A stretch of DNA of 64,000 nt, from the NCBI RefSeq assembly GCF_011745625.1, contig NW_027191471.1, positions 124,001 through 188,000 of the forward strand. The letters are read 5' to 3'. Origin of the DNA: Cladosporium halotolerans (taxonomy: Eukaryota). Shown in pieces: positions 24,769 to 37,273 of this stretch. Both the position numbers and the translations under genes were made by a program. Below the pieces are notes generated by a model. That model worked only from the letters and a program-made list of their open reading frames with translations. It did not search any database and had not been told where the DNA came from. Positions within the stretch are counted from its first letter, which is position 1. Each line of letters opens with the position of its first letter.

Positions 24769-26595
24769 TTGTCTTCACGGCATCCTACCGGTGGGCCCAG
24801 GGCTGGAGACGCGGTCAACGGTCGTCTGGCCTTAGCCATATTGCCTGCGTGCGGTAGTGGCATATGCAGTGCTGTTGCGCCGGACAGCGCAGCAGCACAG
24901 GACAACGCACGTCGCACGTCGCAGCGCCGACCAGCGCAGCGCGTCTGCCACCTCGTTGCCCGCCCGATGGCAGGCGTCGTTTGGCCATTATTGGGCGGCG
25001 GACGGCGGGCGGGCGAACCCACGAAGGCGCGCCCGCGCAACGCAGGCGACGGCCGCATGGGTGCTTAATTTAGGTTGCCGGAGGAATATTACAATGCGGC
25101 TAGCGACGAGGGCAGCAGTGCCTAGGTAGTGCTGTGCCCGGAGTCCGACGCACACCCGCAGCCGGCACCCACCCGCCGCCTCCCCTGCCACAGGGCTGCG
25201 CCGGGCATGACGGTGGACGGCCTGAGGGAGCGGCCTGAGCCATCGCCGCCGGCATGCCTGCTGGCTGACCGCATCGCATCGTGTGATATGTCCTGTTCCT
25301 GCGCGTCAATCAATCGCTCAATCAATCAATCAATTCGCTCCCAGCCCGCCGTCCGCCGCGGCCGCCGCCTGCTAGCACCCTCCTTAGTAACTGTAGTGCC
25401 TGCGCGTGCTAACCACCACCGCCGCCTCTCGCCCTCGCGCGCACGTCTCGCCTCGCGGCCCAACCGCCATACACCACAGCGCCTGCTCAATCTCGTCTGC
25501 TCGCCAATGACATACACCTCGCCCTAGCGCCGTCCGACCGTTTCCCAGGGGCCTTCGCCCCCCGTCGCCTGCCCTCAGAGCCCGACAGCAGACGCGCCGC
25601 GCTGCGCTGGCAACACTCCTCGCCCTGTGCCCGCCGGACGTGCTCGTCTTCTGGAAGCGATGCCAATCCCGCCCTCTTCACCCTCGTTATTACCTTTCAT
25701 TAGCCCCCCCTGGCCGGCCTGTCTCACTCCATACCCGCCCGTCCTCGCCGTCCTGGAGCCCACCCGGCCGGCACTTGACGACGCCTGCCCGCCCTCCATC
25801 ACCACCGCCCTGCCGCCGCACTGACACGGCGCCCTGCCCACGCTCGCTCGCCGTGCTCTTCTGGAAACGCTTCGCGCGCCGCCCGGACTGCTCCGCGCCG
25901 CGCAGCCTGAGCCCTCCTCGTTCCACCCACCCGGCCCTCAGCCTGAACCCGGCGCGCGCGCCGCTCCCCTTACCACGCGCTCGTCGTCTGTCACGGCGCC
26001 AGCCCGCCGTCTGCGCGCCTGTCTCATCGCCATCGCGGGCTCCACTACCCTCGAGTCAAGCCATAGACCCGCGCCGCGCCAGCCCGGCCCTGTTCCTGTT
26101 GATCTCCTGCTAGTCCGCGCCATCTGGTCCGGGACCGCTTCCGCCATCCGCAGTCTTGGTGTCTGCCCGTTCACCTTCTCGAGCTCGCTACCTCATCGAA
26201 ACCCTTCTCCAGGACCATCCACGCTCATTTACATCCAACTCGACGCCTGTGCAGGACCCTGAGTCGTCGCTGCATCTCATCCCTCCAGTCCCTCCTTTTG
26301 CATCATCCTATCTCTACACCGTCACCTATATCGACACCAACTAATCCTAATACACCCGTTCCCAATCCGTCCGCCCCCTCGCTCCTGTCTAAGACAATCA
26401 CACAAACGCCCGCCAGACCCGCGATCGCGTACCACGTCTAGCCCATCGTACGTCCCGCCCGATCTTACACACCCAGAAACTTGGAGACTGACCGTCGCAA
26501 CCAGGCAACATCCGACCTCTCCTCTCACACATGTTGAGGTAGAGCTGGGTTCATCAGACTGATCGGCTTCGAAATATCGGAGCCCAAGTGCCACA

Positions 26596-29041
26596 ATGAC
26601 CGTCACGTACGACACGTCAGGTCGCGGCTGGTCTTCCAGCTCGCAACAGGCGCTCTGTCTGGAAGACAAGTACGAAATCATCAAGGATATTGGTGATGGC
26701 AGCTTCGGCAGCGTTACCCTGGGTAGGACGCGGAGCGCAGGCGCTCAATCAGTTCGCCGGGGCACCATGGTAAGATGACTTCATACCCACCACTTCAGGT
26801 AACAGCCGACTGACCTCAACACAGGTGGCCATAAAGACGATGAAGAAGACATTCGAGCACTTCTCTCAATGCATGGAACTGCGAGAGGTCATCTTCCTGA
26901 AGTCCCTTCCCAACCACCCTCATCTCGTCCCCGCATACGACATCTTCCTCGACCCCTTGAGCAAGAAGCTCCACATCTCCATGGAATACATGGACGGTAA
27001 CCTCTACCAACTCATGAAGTCTCGCGACCACAAGCCTTTCGATGGTGCGAGCGTGAAGAGCATCCTTTGCCAGATTCTCTCTGGACTGGAGCACATTCAC
27101 GACCACGGCTTCTTCCACCGTGACATCAAGCCCGAAAACATCCTCGTCTCTTCTTCCGCCACCGAGACTGGCCACAGCTTCAAGAGGTACTCCTCGCTGG
27201 TCACGCCTCCATCAACACCATCAACCTTCTCGATTAAGATTGCCGACTTTGGTCTCGCCAGAGAGACCCACTCTCGCGTCCCGTACACAACGTACGTCTC
27301 CACTAGGTGGTACCGTGCGCCCGAAGTGCTCCTGAGAGCAGGTGAATACTCCGCGCCGGTCGACATCTGGGCTGTCGGTGCGATGGCCGTCGAAATCGCA
27401 ACCCTTAAGCCGCTTTTCCCTGGAGGAAACGAGGTGGACCAGGTTTGGAGGGTATGTGAGATCATGGGCAGCCCTGGCACCTGGGTCAACAGACATGGAC
27501 AAAAGGTCGGTGGTGGCGAGTGGAAGGAGGGTATCAAACTCGCACAGAAGCTGGGTTTCTCTTTCCCTAAGATGGCACCGCACTCTCTCGACACAGTGCT
27601 TCCCGCGCCCCAGTGGCCTGCCAGCTTTGCCAACTTTGTGACTTGGTGTCTCATGTGGGACCCCAAGGTTCGCCCGACTTCTAGGCAGGCTTTGGAGCAC
27701 GAATATTTCGCGGACGCCGTCGACCCTCTCATCAGACCCAAGAGCAGCAGCACACAAAGGCTGCTCGGACGCAAGCCGTCCACCATAAACAACCACACCG
27801 AAACTCCCGACTGCGGCCCTCCTCTTACTACCAAGACTTCTCTCTGGTTCAGGAAATCCCTTGGCGGCAAGGAGGCTGCACCTCCCGTTCCTGAGCACAA
27901 CCAGCCTGCACAGGCAAGGCCCGCTGCGGTTCACGCCAACACTACCGAAGGTGTAGTGACGACACCCAAGAACAGACCGCTTAACACCAAGAGGTCGACT
28001 TGGTCCAACAACTCCACTGGCAACCCTGCTCCGATCCCTATTCTGCCCTCTATCAAGCCAATTTCTCCTCTTCCGGATCAGACTCCTGCTCAGGCAAACA
28101 TTAAGTGGCAAGAGAACGGAGAAGAGAGGAAGAAGGTCGGCAGGCAGCTGTCTCTGAACTCGCACGGCAACCATTACGCGGACATTCACCGTCAGGAAGC
28201 CGAGCGGATGCTCGAAGGTGGCAACAGCCTCAAATCTCCGACTGGCAGCCAGAGGGAAAGCTTCTTCTCTCACCTTCGCAAGCGTGCGAGGAGACTGTCA
28301 GGCAGGAACCAGGGAACTGTTTCGCCACAGGTTGATGATCTTGAGGCTAACCCTGGCTGTTCGCCCTGGGCCGGCAATAGATCGTCTATCCCCGACGCGC
28401 AGTCCATTGCGCCTCTGGCCGCCAACCCTTCGGCTGACCCCAACTACGCCGAGCTTGACAGAGCGCTGCAGAGCGTGCGCTACAGCCTTGACGCCACTGC
28501 TGGTGCAGGCAGCATCCAGTCCAAGACACCGAAGAGAATGGCGAGCAACCCCACTCTCAAGCGACACCACTCTCTTCCGTATGGTGGCGAGGCCCAGAAG
28601 TCAGCGACCATTGGTGGGCCCATCTCTAGCAGGACTCGTCGCTCCGTGCGATACGCCAACCCGTCACCACACTACGAGACCCCCGACGAGGAGGACGAGC
28701 TTCTTGACGAGGCGCTTAAGTCTGCACAGAATGCAGTCAGTGGTTTGGACAATACAGCAGGGAGCAAGGCATCCCGCCTCAGCAGGCCTCACCCGCAGCA
28801 TGTGCTCTCAGATCCTGGTGTCACCGGAGCCTACCTCACACCTTCCCCGTCGAAGGACAACAACGGCGTCAGCTTTGGCTCGCACGATTACACCCCGTCA
28901 AAGCCTATGGCAATCACCCCGCAAATGCAGCAGCAGCAGAATGTTGTCAACCCACAGTGGCCCACGCCCCCTTACGAAGAGAGTGAGTGGGCGGCGTCCG
29001 CTTCGGCCAGCATCTTCGCCACGCAGGCGGCCTACAGGTGA
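26596..29041 (+). CDS. IME2: Ime2/ImeB/Crk1-type MAK/ICK-family kinase; intron 26770-26824
   Basis: IGDGSFGSV, VAIKTMKK, HRDIKPEN, DFG, and TxY loop YTTYVSTRWYRAPE. Long disordered C-terminus. GTAAGA..CTGAC..CAG intron. Confidence 0.94.
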
Positions 29042-30641
29042 TCTCCGTCTTCCTGACACCATTTCACGGCCATACGCTCTAGTTTCGACCTAGCTTTTTT
29101 GCGTTCTAGCATCCTTTCGCAATCTTAGCTCGCCTGAGATACCCCCAATTTTTTCTCGTATCAGCTCGACAATATTCCAGAATTCTTCTTCGGTCGGCAC
29201 GATCGCTCTCAGACATTATTTCTGCAACACATACCTAAGCGATGGCGTTACAGGGCGTCACGTGCGACCACCACTCGCTACATTACTGCACAGACTAGAC
29301 GGCGTTCAAAGCGGCATACATCCTTCGTTTTTCTTGCGGCATCTTCGCATACTTTGACCACTTTTTCATCCGCTTCGACCACAGACAGCCTGGCGCCGTA
29401 CCCACATCAGTTCTCATACGACCTTTATTACACCGTCCATCTCTCTCTCCTCGGACTCGGGCATCGCCAAAGCCCGACCTCTCGAGCTAAACCTTTTTTT
29501 CTCCAACTGGCTATTTCGTTGTGTCCAAAGCTCTTTTTACTATTGTTATCATAAAGAAAAAAGGGACTTCCCCCGGGAATCAAATGGGGCTCAAAAGTCT
29601 CGGGAGGGTGGTGGCTATATCTGTACAGAAAAAATCTTGATCATCGTTTTCGCGCGGCAAAGCAAGCAAGCAAGCAAGCACAAAAAAGCATCGGGGAAAA
29701 TACAACTCTCTTATCGTTACTTCTTCACCGCCTCGAAGATCCACTGGCGCTACGCGTTGCTCGGTGGACCGGGCTTTTGCTTTCCTCTGCTCTTCTCTGC
29801 TTTGTTTTCACCGCTGTTCACTCCGGCATGCGTTGGGCCCGCGCCGCGTGCACATACGCTCTACGGGCACGATTGGCTGGTTCTGATTGATACCCCCTTT
29901 TACACCGTTGTCGCTGCCTCTCACTGGAACAGAGGGAGCACGGCGTCCTCTCTTGGGCACTCGTGTTCTGCTTGGTTCTGGAGGAGAGAGGCGTTTTCTT
30001 GCTTTTCGTTTTGTTCATTGCTGGAGTGGAAGATGTGGGAAGAGGAGGAGCTTTCCCCCCTTTCCCTCTTTTTCTGTTTCTTTGCGTCTGGGAAGCTTTG
30101 GGCTTGGGAGTGATCCAGCCCTGGCCTGGGGTTTTGAGTTGGAGGAGTGAGGTGTAGATACTGGCTAGCTGGCTACTTTAGGTAGTTTGTGGTATCGTGT
30201 GCAGACTTGTGTACACTTCTATTACCTGGAGTTTCATCGCCGGGATATCTACAATTTGCTGTAACCTCAAAAGTGCTTTCTATTCTTCGTAGGGTCTCGT
30301 TGGTAGTGTTCGTATGCACCTACGAAACCCTGGCACGCCTGGCTAGGCAATTGCTTGAGCGAAGCCTCTCCACCTTGCACCAGCGCGAAGCTGGGCTGCA
30401 GCTGTCTGACGTCTGCCGCCGGAGCTTGGGAAATTTTGGCCGACGTCTTGCTTGCTTTGAGCTTCACACCGGAGCATCTGCGCGCGACATTGCACCTCCA
30501 CCGGACTCTACATAAAACCTCGACACCAAGGAAAACATACATCAACGCCAGTAGAACCTCAAAACCCACCCAACCCGCGCCAGAAAGCGCCGCGACAACC
30601 CCACTCCGCGCCCCAGGCGCAACCAACCCACGAACCGAACA

Positions 30642-31762
30642 ATGGCACCCTACACCAACATCCCCCTCTCGCCCGCCGAGCTCTCCTACCTGCAAACCTC
30701 CCTCTCCGCGACACCCCCGATCCGCCCCGACGGCCGCTCGCCGACGCAATTCCGCCCCCTCGTCGCCGAAGCAGACATCCTGCCGTCCGCCAACGGCTCC
30801 GCGCGCGTCTGCTTCTCCGACGGCACGGAAGCTGTCGTGGGCATTAAGGCGGAGGTTGAGAGGACTGGGAGGGCGGATGTCTTTAGGGAAGGAGAGAGTG
30901 AGGGCGAGGATGTCAATGCGACGGGCGAGGGAAAAGGCCGCAACGAGTGGTTGGAGGTTGCGATCGATGTGCCGGGGCTGAGGGACGACGATGCGCTGCC
31001 GGTTTTTCTGGGGGCGATGTTGAGCGAGGCGTTGGGAGCGGATGGCGCGCTGAGGGATCGGTTGTGGATTAATGCGCGGTTTCATTGGAGGTTGTATGTT
31101 GATGTGAGTGTGACCCGAGATCTTCTACCTACCTTCCTGTACAAGAGAGCAATACTAACAATATCCCAAAACAGATCCTCCTCCTCTCCCCACCCCTCTC
31201 CTACCCCCTCCCCCTCCTCAGCCTAACAACCCACCTCGCCCTCCTCAACACCCGGCTCCCCGCGCTCCTCTCCCAAGGCGACGAAGACCCCCTCTTCAAC
31301 GACGACTGGGACGCCTCCACACACCTCTACCCCCGGCCCTCCAAGCCTTCCCCCGCCACCCAAAAACCACCCATAACGCTCCTCGTCACAACCACCGGCC
31401 CCAACATCCTCTTCGACCCATCCCGCGACGAGCTCGCCGTAGCCGAATCCGTCCTCGCCGTCTCCGCCGCGCCCACAGCCTCCGGCTCCCTCTCCGTCGT
31501 CGCGATCCGCTCCGTCGACCCGCCCTCGCGCCTCACGGCCGCGGGCGTCCCGCGCGAGATCAACTCCGCTTCCGGCGCGACGGCCACGGCGAGCGCGGGC
31601 GAGGTGCTGGCTGCACGGGAGAAGGACGAAGGGCGCGGAGTGTGGAGGGCGCCGAGGGGTGGTGTGGGGAGGAAGGTGGTCGCGGAGGTGGTGAAGATGG
31701 TTGTTGCGAAGGGGGGTGTGGGGGAGGAGGTTTTGGCGGGGTTGGAGGGGGTGGAGACTTGA
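30642..31762 (+). CDS. RRP42: Exosome RNase PH subunit Rrp42; intron 31104-31174
   Basis: IRPDGRSPTQFRPL..DILPSANGSARV..VVGIKAEV..WRLYVD|ILLLSPPLSYPLPLLSLTTHLALLNTRLP. GTGAGT..CTAAC..CAG intron; TGA at 31760-31762. Confidence 0.88.
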
Positions 31763-32482
31763 GGGTATGTGGATCAAGACTGTGTTTTTTCCTCTTGATC
31801 TGCGTGTGGCATCCAGAGAAATCGGGCATTGAAGCCAGGTGGAGTGAGCTTACGGCGCAGAGTGTTCTCTGCGAAGAGAATAATCTGTTCACACGACCAG
31901 AGCGTCAACGATTTAAACCCACTTGGAAGTACGGGCGAGGTGCGTCTGAGGCAACCGGGCTCGGCAATGCTGGCGCGCGTCACTGTCGGAAGACAGGAAG
32001 TTGCTCATCGGAAATCTACGTGTTGCCACCGACCTAAGGGAATTACCTTGCTGGAAAGTCGAACGCCCGCGGGGCTACGCAACGGCGTCCGGAAAGACTT
32101 GCGAATGAGCCTCTAAAGGGACGGAAAGAAGGCGGATCTCACGCAGGAGCCTCACGAAAGCTGCCTCAGAAACGGCAGTATCTTGGAACGAGCGTCGTCG
32201 TCTCTTGCACTAGGGCTGTCTCATAGATTTCTAGACACACTGAATGATTACGGCCTAAAAGATGCCGAAGACCTCTCCGCTGGAACTGTCAGGAGCTGTC
32301 TGTGACTGATGAAACCTTCTCATATCGATCATAGGCGTTCTGTACCGTCAGCTACCGTTCAAGAACCAAGGTGACCAATGCCCATAGACTCTTGCTAATC
32401 ATCTGCTACTATCCAAGCCAGCCTGGATTGACAAGTAGAGAATCCCTCGCGAACGATATTAATACCAACCACCAACGACATC

Positions 32483-35143
32483 TCACTTCCCACCCACCTT
32501 CTCCTCCACAAGCTCGCGATACATCTTCTTCAGCTCCAACACGTCCTGCCTCAACTCCTCGACCTCTTCCTCTTTCTCACCCACCATCTCCAAGCAAGCC
32601 TCGTACCGTCCCTTAACCTCACCCAGCTCCTTCTCCGCAGCAGCCAGCCTGCCCTCCTCGCTCCGCTTACCCTCGACTTCACGCATAAGCCCGACGATCT
32701 CGTCGCGCGCCTCGTCGCGCTGCGCCGCCAACCGCGCCAGCTCATCCTTGTGCGCGGCCTTCTCGCTCTCCAGCCTGCGCACGGCAGCGCTCATGCGCTC
32801 GACGAGCTGCACGCTGGGCCCGGCGCCCGCCGTGCTCGTGCTGACGAGGTCGTTGATCGTGCGCTGCGGGGAGAAAGCGTCGGCGTCGCCCACGGCGTCG
32901 AAGTCCGCGGCGTCGACCTCGATGCTCGGCGTGGGCGGGAGCGTGCTGTTGTCGAAGGTGAGCATGCTCTCTTGCCTGCTGAGCGAGGGCGACGCGTCGC
33001 GGTCGGGCGTGCCTGCGGTGCGGGAGGAGAGGATGCCGGGTGTTGGGAAGCCGGAGCTGCGGCGGGACGAGGGGCGGTGTTCGGGCAGGTGGACCTGCAG
33101 GCCGCTCAGGTCGTTCAGGCCGAGTCGGCCAGAGGGCCGGCGAGGATCGTGGATCGATTGCTTGCGGCTGGAGGTTGAGGGAGAGTCCATGCGTGGGTTG
33201 GCAGAGGCGTTTTGGCGTTGCCAACGGGACTTCTCTTCCTCGAGGCGGGAGGCGAACTCGGAGTCCCAGATGCGTCTTTGGCGCTCTTGGTCTGATTTGG
33301 CGTCTGAGAGAGCGGTTTCTGCTTGCCCGAGAGTCTTTCGCAGGGATGTGAGGTCGCGCTGGCAGGTCTTGAGCTCTTCCGTCAATGTCGAGATATGCTC
33401 GTTGGTCGATTCAACTTCCTCCTCCGCCTTCCGAGTCCTGTTGGCGGAGTCTCTGGCCTTCTTTCTGAAGTCTGCTTCACGTTTCGTCGCTTCATCCCTT
33501 TCTTGCTCCAACGCGGACAGTCGAGCGTTCAGAGAGCTCTCGATAGTCTCCCAATTCTCTTTTGCAAGGCTGTACTGGGCCTGCAATGTCTCAACTTGCC
33601 GCATAAGCTTGACCGTGCCTTCGCCTGTAGTTCCTCCTTCCGAGCTCGCCTCCTCGGCTCGCGCTCGCATGGCCTCCAGCCGCGAATCTAGGTTGGCAAT
33701 CTCGTTCTTGAGCTCCAGTTCTCTGACGGTAAACCTTTCGCGCTCCCTGTCTGCCTGATCCTTGATCTTGCGAGTTTCGGACTTCGCTTTGTCTTCGGCA
33801 AGCTTCTTTTCTATCTGTGCGTCCTCAAGCGAGTTCTCTAGTTCCGCCACCTTGTTCTTGTCGGCTTCAGAGGCCTTCGTGTTAGCCTCTTTCTGCGCTT
33901 GCTCAGCCTTCTTCTCGGCGTCTTTCAGCTGCGTCGTCAAAGTTCGTATCAATTCAGCGGCTCGTTCACGGTCTTCATTCATCTCATCGACCTGCTTCTC
34001 AATAACGGCGATCTGCTTGATCTTCTCGTTCGCCTGCCGTTCCGCGACCTCAGCCCGTCTGACTTTCTGCTTCAATTCCGACTCCGATCGTTCGACCCGT
34101 TCGAGCTTTTTCTTGGTCTCGATGGCACCCTTCTCATCATCCGTAGCCTTCGCGCGTAACTTCTTGATCGTTTGCAAATGCCGTAATTCGGTCTTGCTGA
34201 GCTTCTCGCCCTCCTCCATGAGCAACGCGATCTGCTCATCCTTCCTCGCAGCTTGAGCCTCCGCACTGCCCGCAGCGGCCGAAGCGTTGGCCTCTTTGGC
34301 TGCTGCCACGGTTTCCTTCGCCAGATACTGCAGCTTCGCCTGAAGGGCGTCAATACGCTCCAGATGCGCGTGCATCTCTTCCTGCCGCTGCTTTTCGGCC
34401 TTCGAGTAGTCGGCTCGCATCTGAGCCATCTCCGCTTCGAGTTCGGGGGCGCTTTTGCCGGACGGGGCTGATCCGTTTGGAACGTCGGTTGAAGGACGAG
34501 GAGATTGGCTCTCACTATCGGCGGGAGTCTGAAGAGCTGGTGAGACAGTGCTTTCCGTCGACTTCCTCGCAGGATTGATTGGAAGTCCAGAGCTCAAGAG
34601 CGTTGATGCTGGCGCTTCTTCATTCGTAGATGTACCCTCTCCACTCTCCGGCGTCACCTCATCTTTCCTGACATCCTCATCCTTCTGCTCCTCTTTCGGC
34701 GCTTCTACAGCAGGAGCAGATCTCGGCTGTTCAACCGAGCGCTTGACATCGCTACTGGGCCTCGGGCTCCCACCCTCACTCCCAACCGCCGGACTACCGA
34801 CCCTCGACGGCACCTCGCTCGACAGCGCACTCCCGCCATCTAAGCTCTTCTTCGCCGCCGCCCTAGCCAATTTCTCCGCCAACCTGTCGTTGCCTGAAGG
34901 TCGCGGCCTAGAAGCCTCTTGCGACGATCGCGCTGGTGTTACGCTTCCGGAGCCGGCTCTCTGTCTATTGCTGGCGCTCTTCTGCTCTTTCTGCGCTTGC
35001 TCCGCGAGCTTCTGCCGCGCCGCCGGGTCTGTTTCGTCGGCGAGGATGGTGTCCAGGCGCGATTCGAGGTTGGAGATGGCACCGGTGAACATGGAGCCCC
35101 AGCCTCCGCCCTTTTTGGCGGGCTGTTTGTTTGCGTTGGACAT
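32483..35143 (-). CDS. SGM1: Coiled-coil golgin, TMF1/Sgm1 family
   Basis: KDEQIALLMEEGEKLSK..IKKLR segment and C-terminal GPSVQLVERMSAAVRRLESE..LEMVGEKEEEVEELRQDV segment, both typical of the TMF family. 886-aa heptad-rich ORF. Confidence 0.85.
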   Translation of the reverse strand: MSNANKQPAKKGGGWGSMFTGAISNLESRLDTILADETDPAARQKLAEQAQKEQKSASNRQRAGSGSVTPARSSQEASRPRPSGNDRLAEKLARAAAKKSLDGGSALSSEVPSRVGSPAVGSEGGSPRPSSDVKRSVEQPRSAPAVEAPKEEQKDEDVRKDEVTPESGEGTSTNEEAPASTLLSSGLPINPARKSTESTVSPALQTPADSESQSPRPSTDVPNGSAPSGKSAPELEAEMAQMRADYSKAEKQRQEEMHAHLERIDALQAKLQYLAKETVAAAKEANASAAAGSAEAQAARKDEQIALLMEEGEKLSKTELRHLQTIKKLRAKATDDEKGAIETKKKLERVERSESELKQKVRRAEVAERQANEKIKQIAVIEKQVDEMNEDRERAAELIRTLTTQLKDAEKKAEQAQKEANTKASEADKNKVAELENSLEDAQIEKKLAEDKAKSETRKIKDQADRERERFTVRELELKNEIANLDSRLEAMRARAEEASSEGGTTGEGTVKLMRQVETLQAQYSLAKENWETIESSLNARLSALEQERDEATKREADFRKKARDSANRTRKAEEEVESTNEHISTLTEELKTCQRDLTSLRKTLGQAETALSDAKSDQERQRRIWDSEFASRLEEEKSRWQRQNASANPRMDSPSTSSRKQSIHDPRRPSGRLGLNDLSGLQVHLPEHRPSSRRSSGFPTPGILSSRTAGTPDRDASPSLSRQESMLTFDNSTLPPTPSIEVDAADFDAVGDADAFSPQRTINDLVSTSTAGAGPSVQLVERMSAAVRRLESEKAAHKDELARLAAQRDEARDEIVGLMREVEGKRSEEGRLAAAEKELGEVKGRYEACLEMVGEKEEEVEELRQDVLELKKMYRELVEEKVGGK

Positions 35144-35509
35144 GATGAGGTGTTCCTGTAGACCGGTCGTCTTGCGCGTTCGTTGGTATCGGTGTTCGCT
35201 TTAGCTGTGTTCAATGCGTCGTGGGTTGTTGTCAAGGCGTGGTTTGTTTCTTCCGGCGCCGCATCGCAGGGCTTAGGCTACCGCGGATTGTAAGAGGCAA
35301 GATCCATGTGAGGAATCCTTGCGAACAATGTATTACTGTATCGGTCGTACAGAGACGTAGCCCATAGCTTACGTGGTTGAAACAACAAGCCGCCAGGCAG
35401 CGTGAAGCTCCGCTCGGCACAACCGTCGCCGAGTTGCAGACCGCGAATTTCGTCATTTCAAGAAACGTGAAGACAGGCACGAGTCGTATTTACACCGAGG
35501 TCAGAGTCA

Positions 35510-37273
35510 ATGGCCGCAACGAAACCTTTTGTCGGAAAACGGTTAAGTCTGAAAAAGCAGACATGCATCGTCCGGTATATTGGCTCTGTAGCGGACAAGC
35601 AGGGCGAATGGCTCGGGGTTGAATGGGACGATCCTGCGAGGGGCAAGCATAACGGAACGCATGATGGAGTCAGCTATTTCCAGTGTACGTTCGATGAATG
35701 CGTCTTTTTATCTTAAGATCCAGGACTCTGATGCTGAACCATAGGCAGAAGCCCTTCGCCCACAGCAGCTTCATTTCTTCGACCAAAGCAGCCTTGGGAT
35801 GAATCACGAACCTTTCTTCAAGCATTGAGAGAAAAGTACATCTCTCCCGAAGATGCAAAGAACTCCGAGATTGTCTACATCTCTGGCAAACATGCCGAAG
35901 AAGTCGGCCTCGAGAAGCTTGCACGGCGGCAGGCTCAACTGCAAGGAATTCATACGCTCGTGCTCGACCGTATGTGCCTGCGCCATCATGCGGGCGATTC
36001 AGGGCACGATCAAGCCGTCACCTTGCTGTGCGCGAACATCACGTCCTTGGACCTAGGTGGAAACCTCTTCGAAACATGGGAAGAGATCATGGCCCTCTGC
36101 CGACTCTTCCCAAAACTCAACTCCCTGACCCTGGACGGCAACAGCTTCACTTGCCCTTCAGATTCCCTCCAAGCACTACAACTACCTAGCATCCATTACC
36201 TCAGCCTCGAATCGACGCTCCTCACGCCAGCCGAAACCGCGTCAGCAGCCGCCGCCCTTCCCTCCCTCTCGACTCTCATCCTAGCGCACAACAACCACGC
36301 AGCCTGGCCCACGCACACCCCCCTCCCAGCAACCCTCCACACGCTCGACCTATCCAACAACAACATCCAGTCCCTCACCTCCCTCTCACACCTCCTCCCA
36401 ACCCTCCCAAACCTACAAACCCTCCACCTAAAATCCAACACCCTCACCTCCCCTCCCAGCCTCCAAACCCCCCCAAACCCGCTCTCCCCAACCCTCCACA
36501 CCCTCGACCTCCGCTCCAACGCCATCTCCACCTGGGCCCTAATAACCACCCTCCCGCCCCTCTTCCCCTCCCTCCAAAACCTCCACGTCGCCCAAAACCC
36601 CCTCTACACCACTCTCGCGCACCCCACGACGCGCCAGCCGCTGACGCCCGAAGACGGCTGGATGCTGACGCTGGCGCGGCTGCCGAAGCTCAAAACGCTG
36701 AATTACAGCTCGATCGACGACAAGCAGCGCTTGAACGCCGAGACGTACTATTTGGGTCTTGTGTCGAGGGAGGTGGCGGGCTTGAAGGGGGTGGAGAGGG
36801 AGAGGGTGCTGGAGGGGCATCCGAGGTGGGGGGAGTTGTGTGCGGAGTATGGGGAGCCGGTTGTGGAGGAGGGGAAGGAGGAAGGGGAGGGAGGGCCGGG
36901 GGCGTTGGGGAGGAGGTTTGTGGAGGTTGCGTTTTCGCTTGGTGGGAAGTGGGAGGAGAAGGTGGAGGTGGAGGAGTGGACGGAGGAGGTGCCGAGGTCC
37001 GCGAGCGTTTATGCGCTGCTTGGAAGGGTTGGGAAGAGGGTTAGTGTTATGCCGTTGCGGTTGAGGCTTGTGTGGGAGACTGGAGAGAGAGATCCGATCC
37101 GTGGCGACGTGGGGGTTGGGGATGCGGTGGAGTGGTGGGATAGCGAGGACGAGGATACGGGATTAGGAGAGGGAGAATGGGCTGCGAGGGAAGTTGAGTT
37201 GGTTCACGGGACGAGAATGGTGGGGACTTATTTTGAGGGGAAGACAGCAAGAGTGAGAGTTGAATTGAAGTGA
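35510..37273 (+). CDS. PAC2: Tubulin-folding cofactor E (CAP-Gly + LRR + Ubl-like); intron 35685-35744
   Basis: CAP-Gly motif VRYIG..WLGVEWDDPARGKHNG..YFQC spliced to RSPSPTAASFLRP, followed by multiple LxxLxLxxN LRRs. Confidence 0.92.

Noticed and set aside
29563..29610. AATGGGGCTCA resembling the RNase MRP 3' conserved region
   Set aside because: The matching upstream GAAAGTCCCC P4 strand was not found, and the site lies in the probable IME2 3' UTR.
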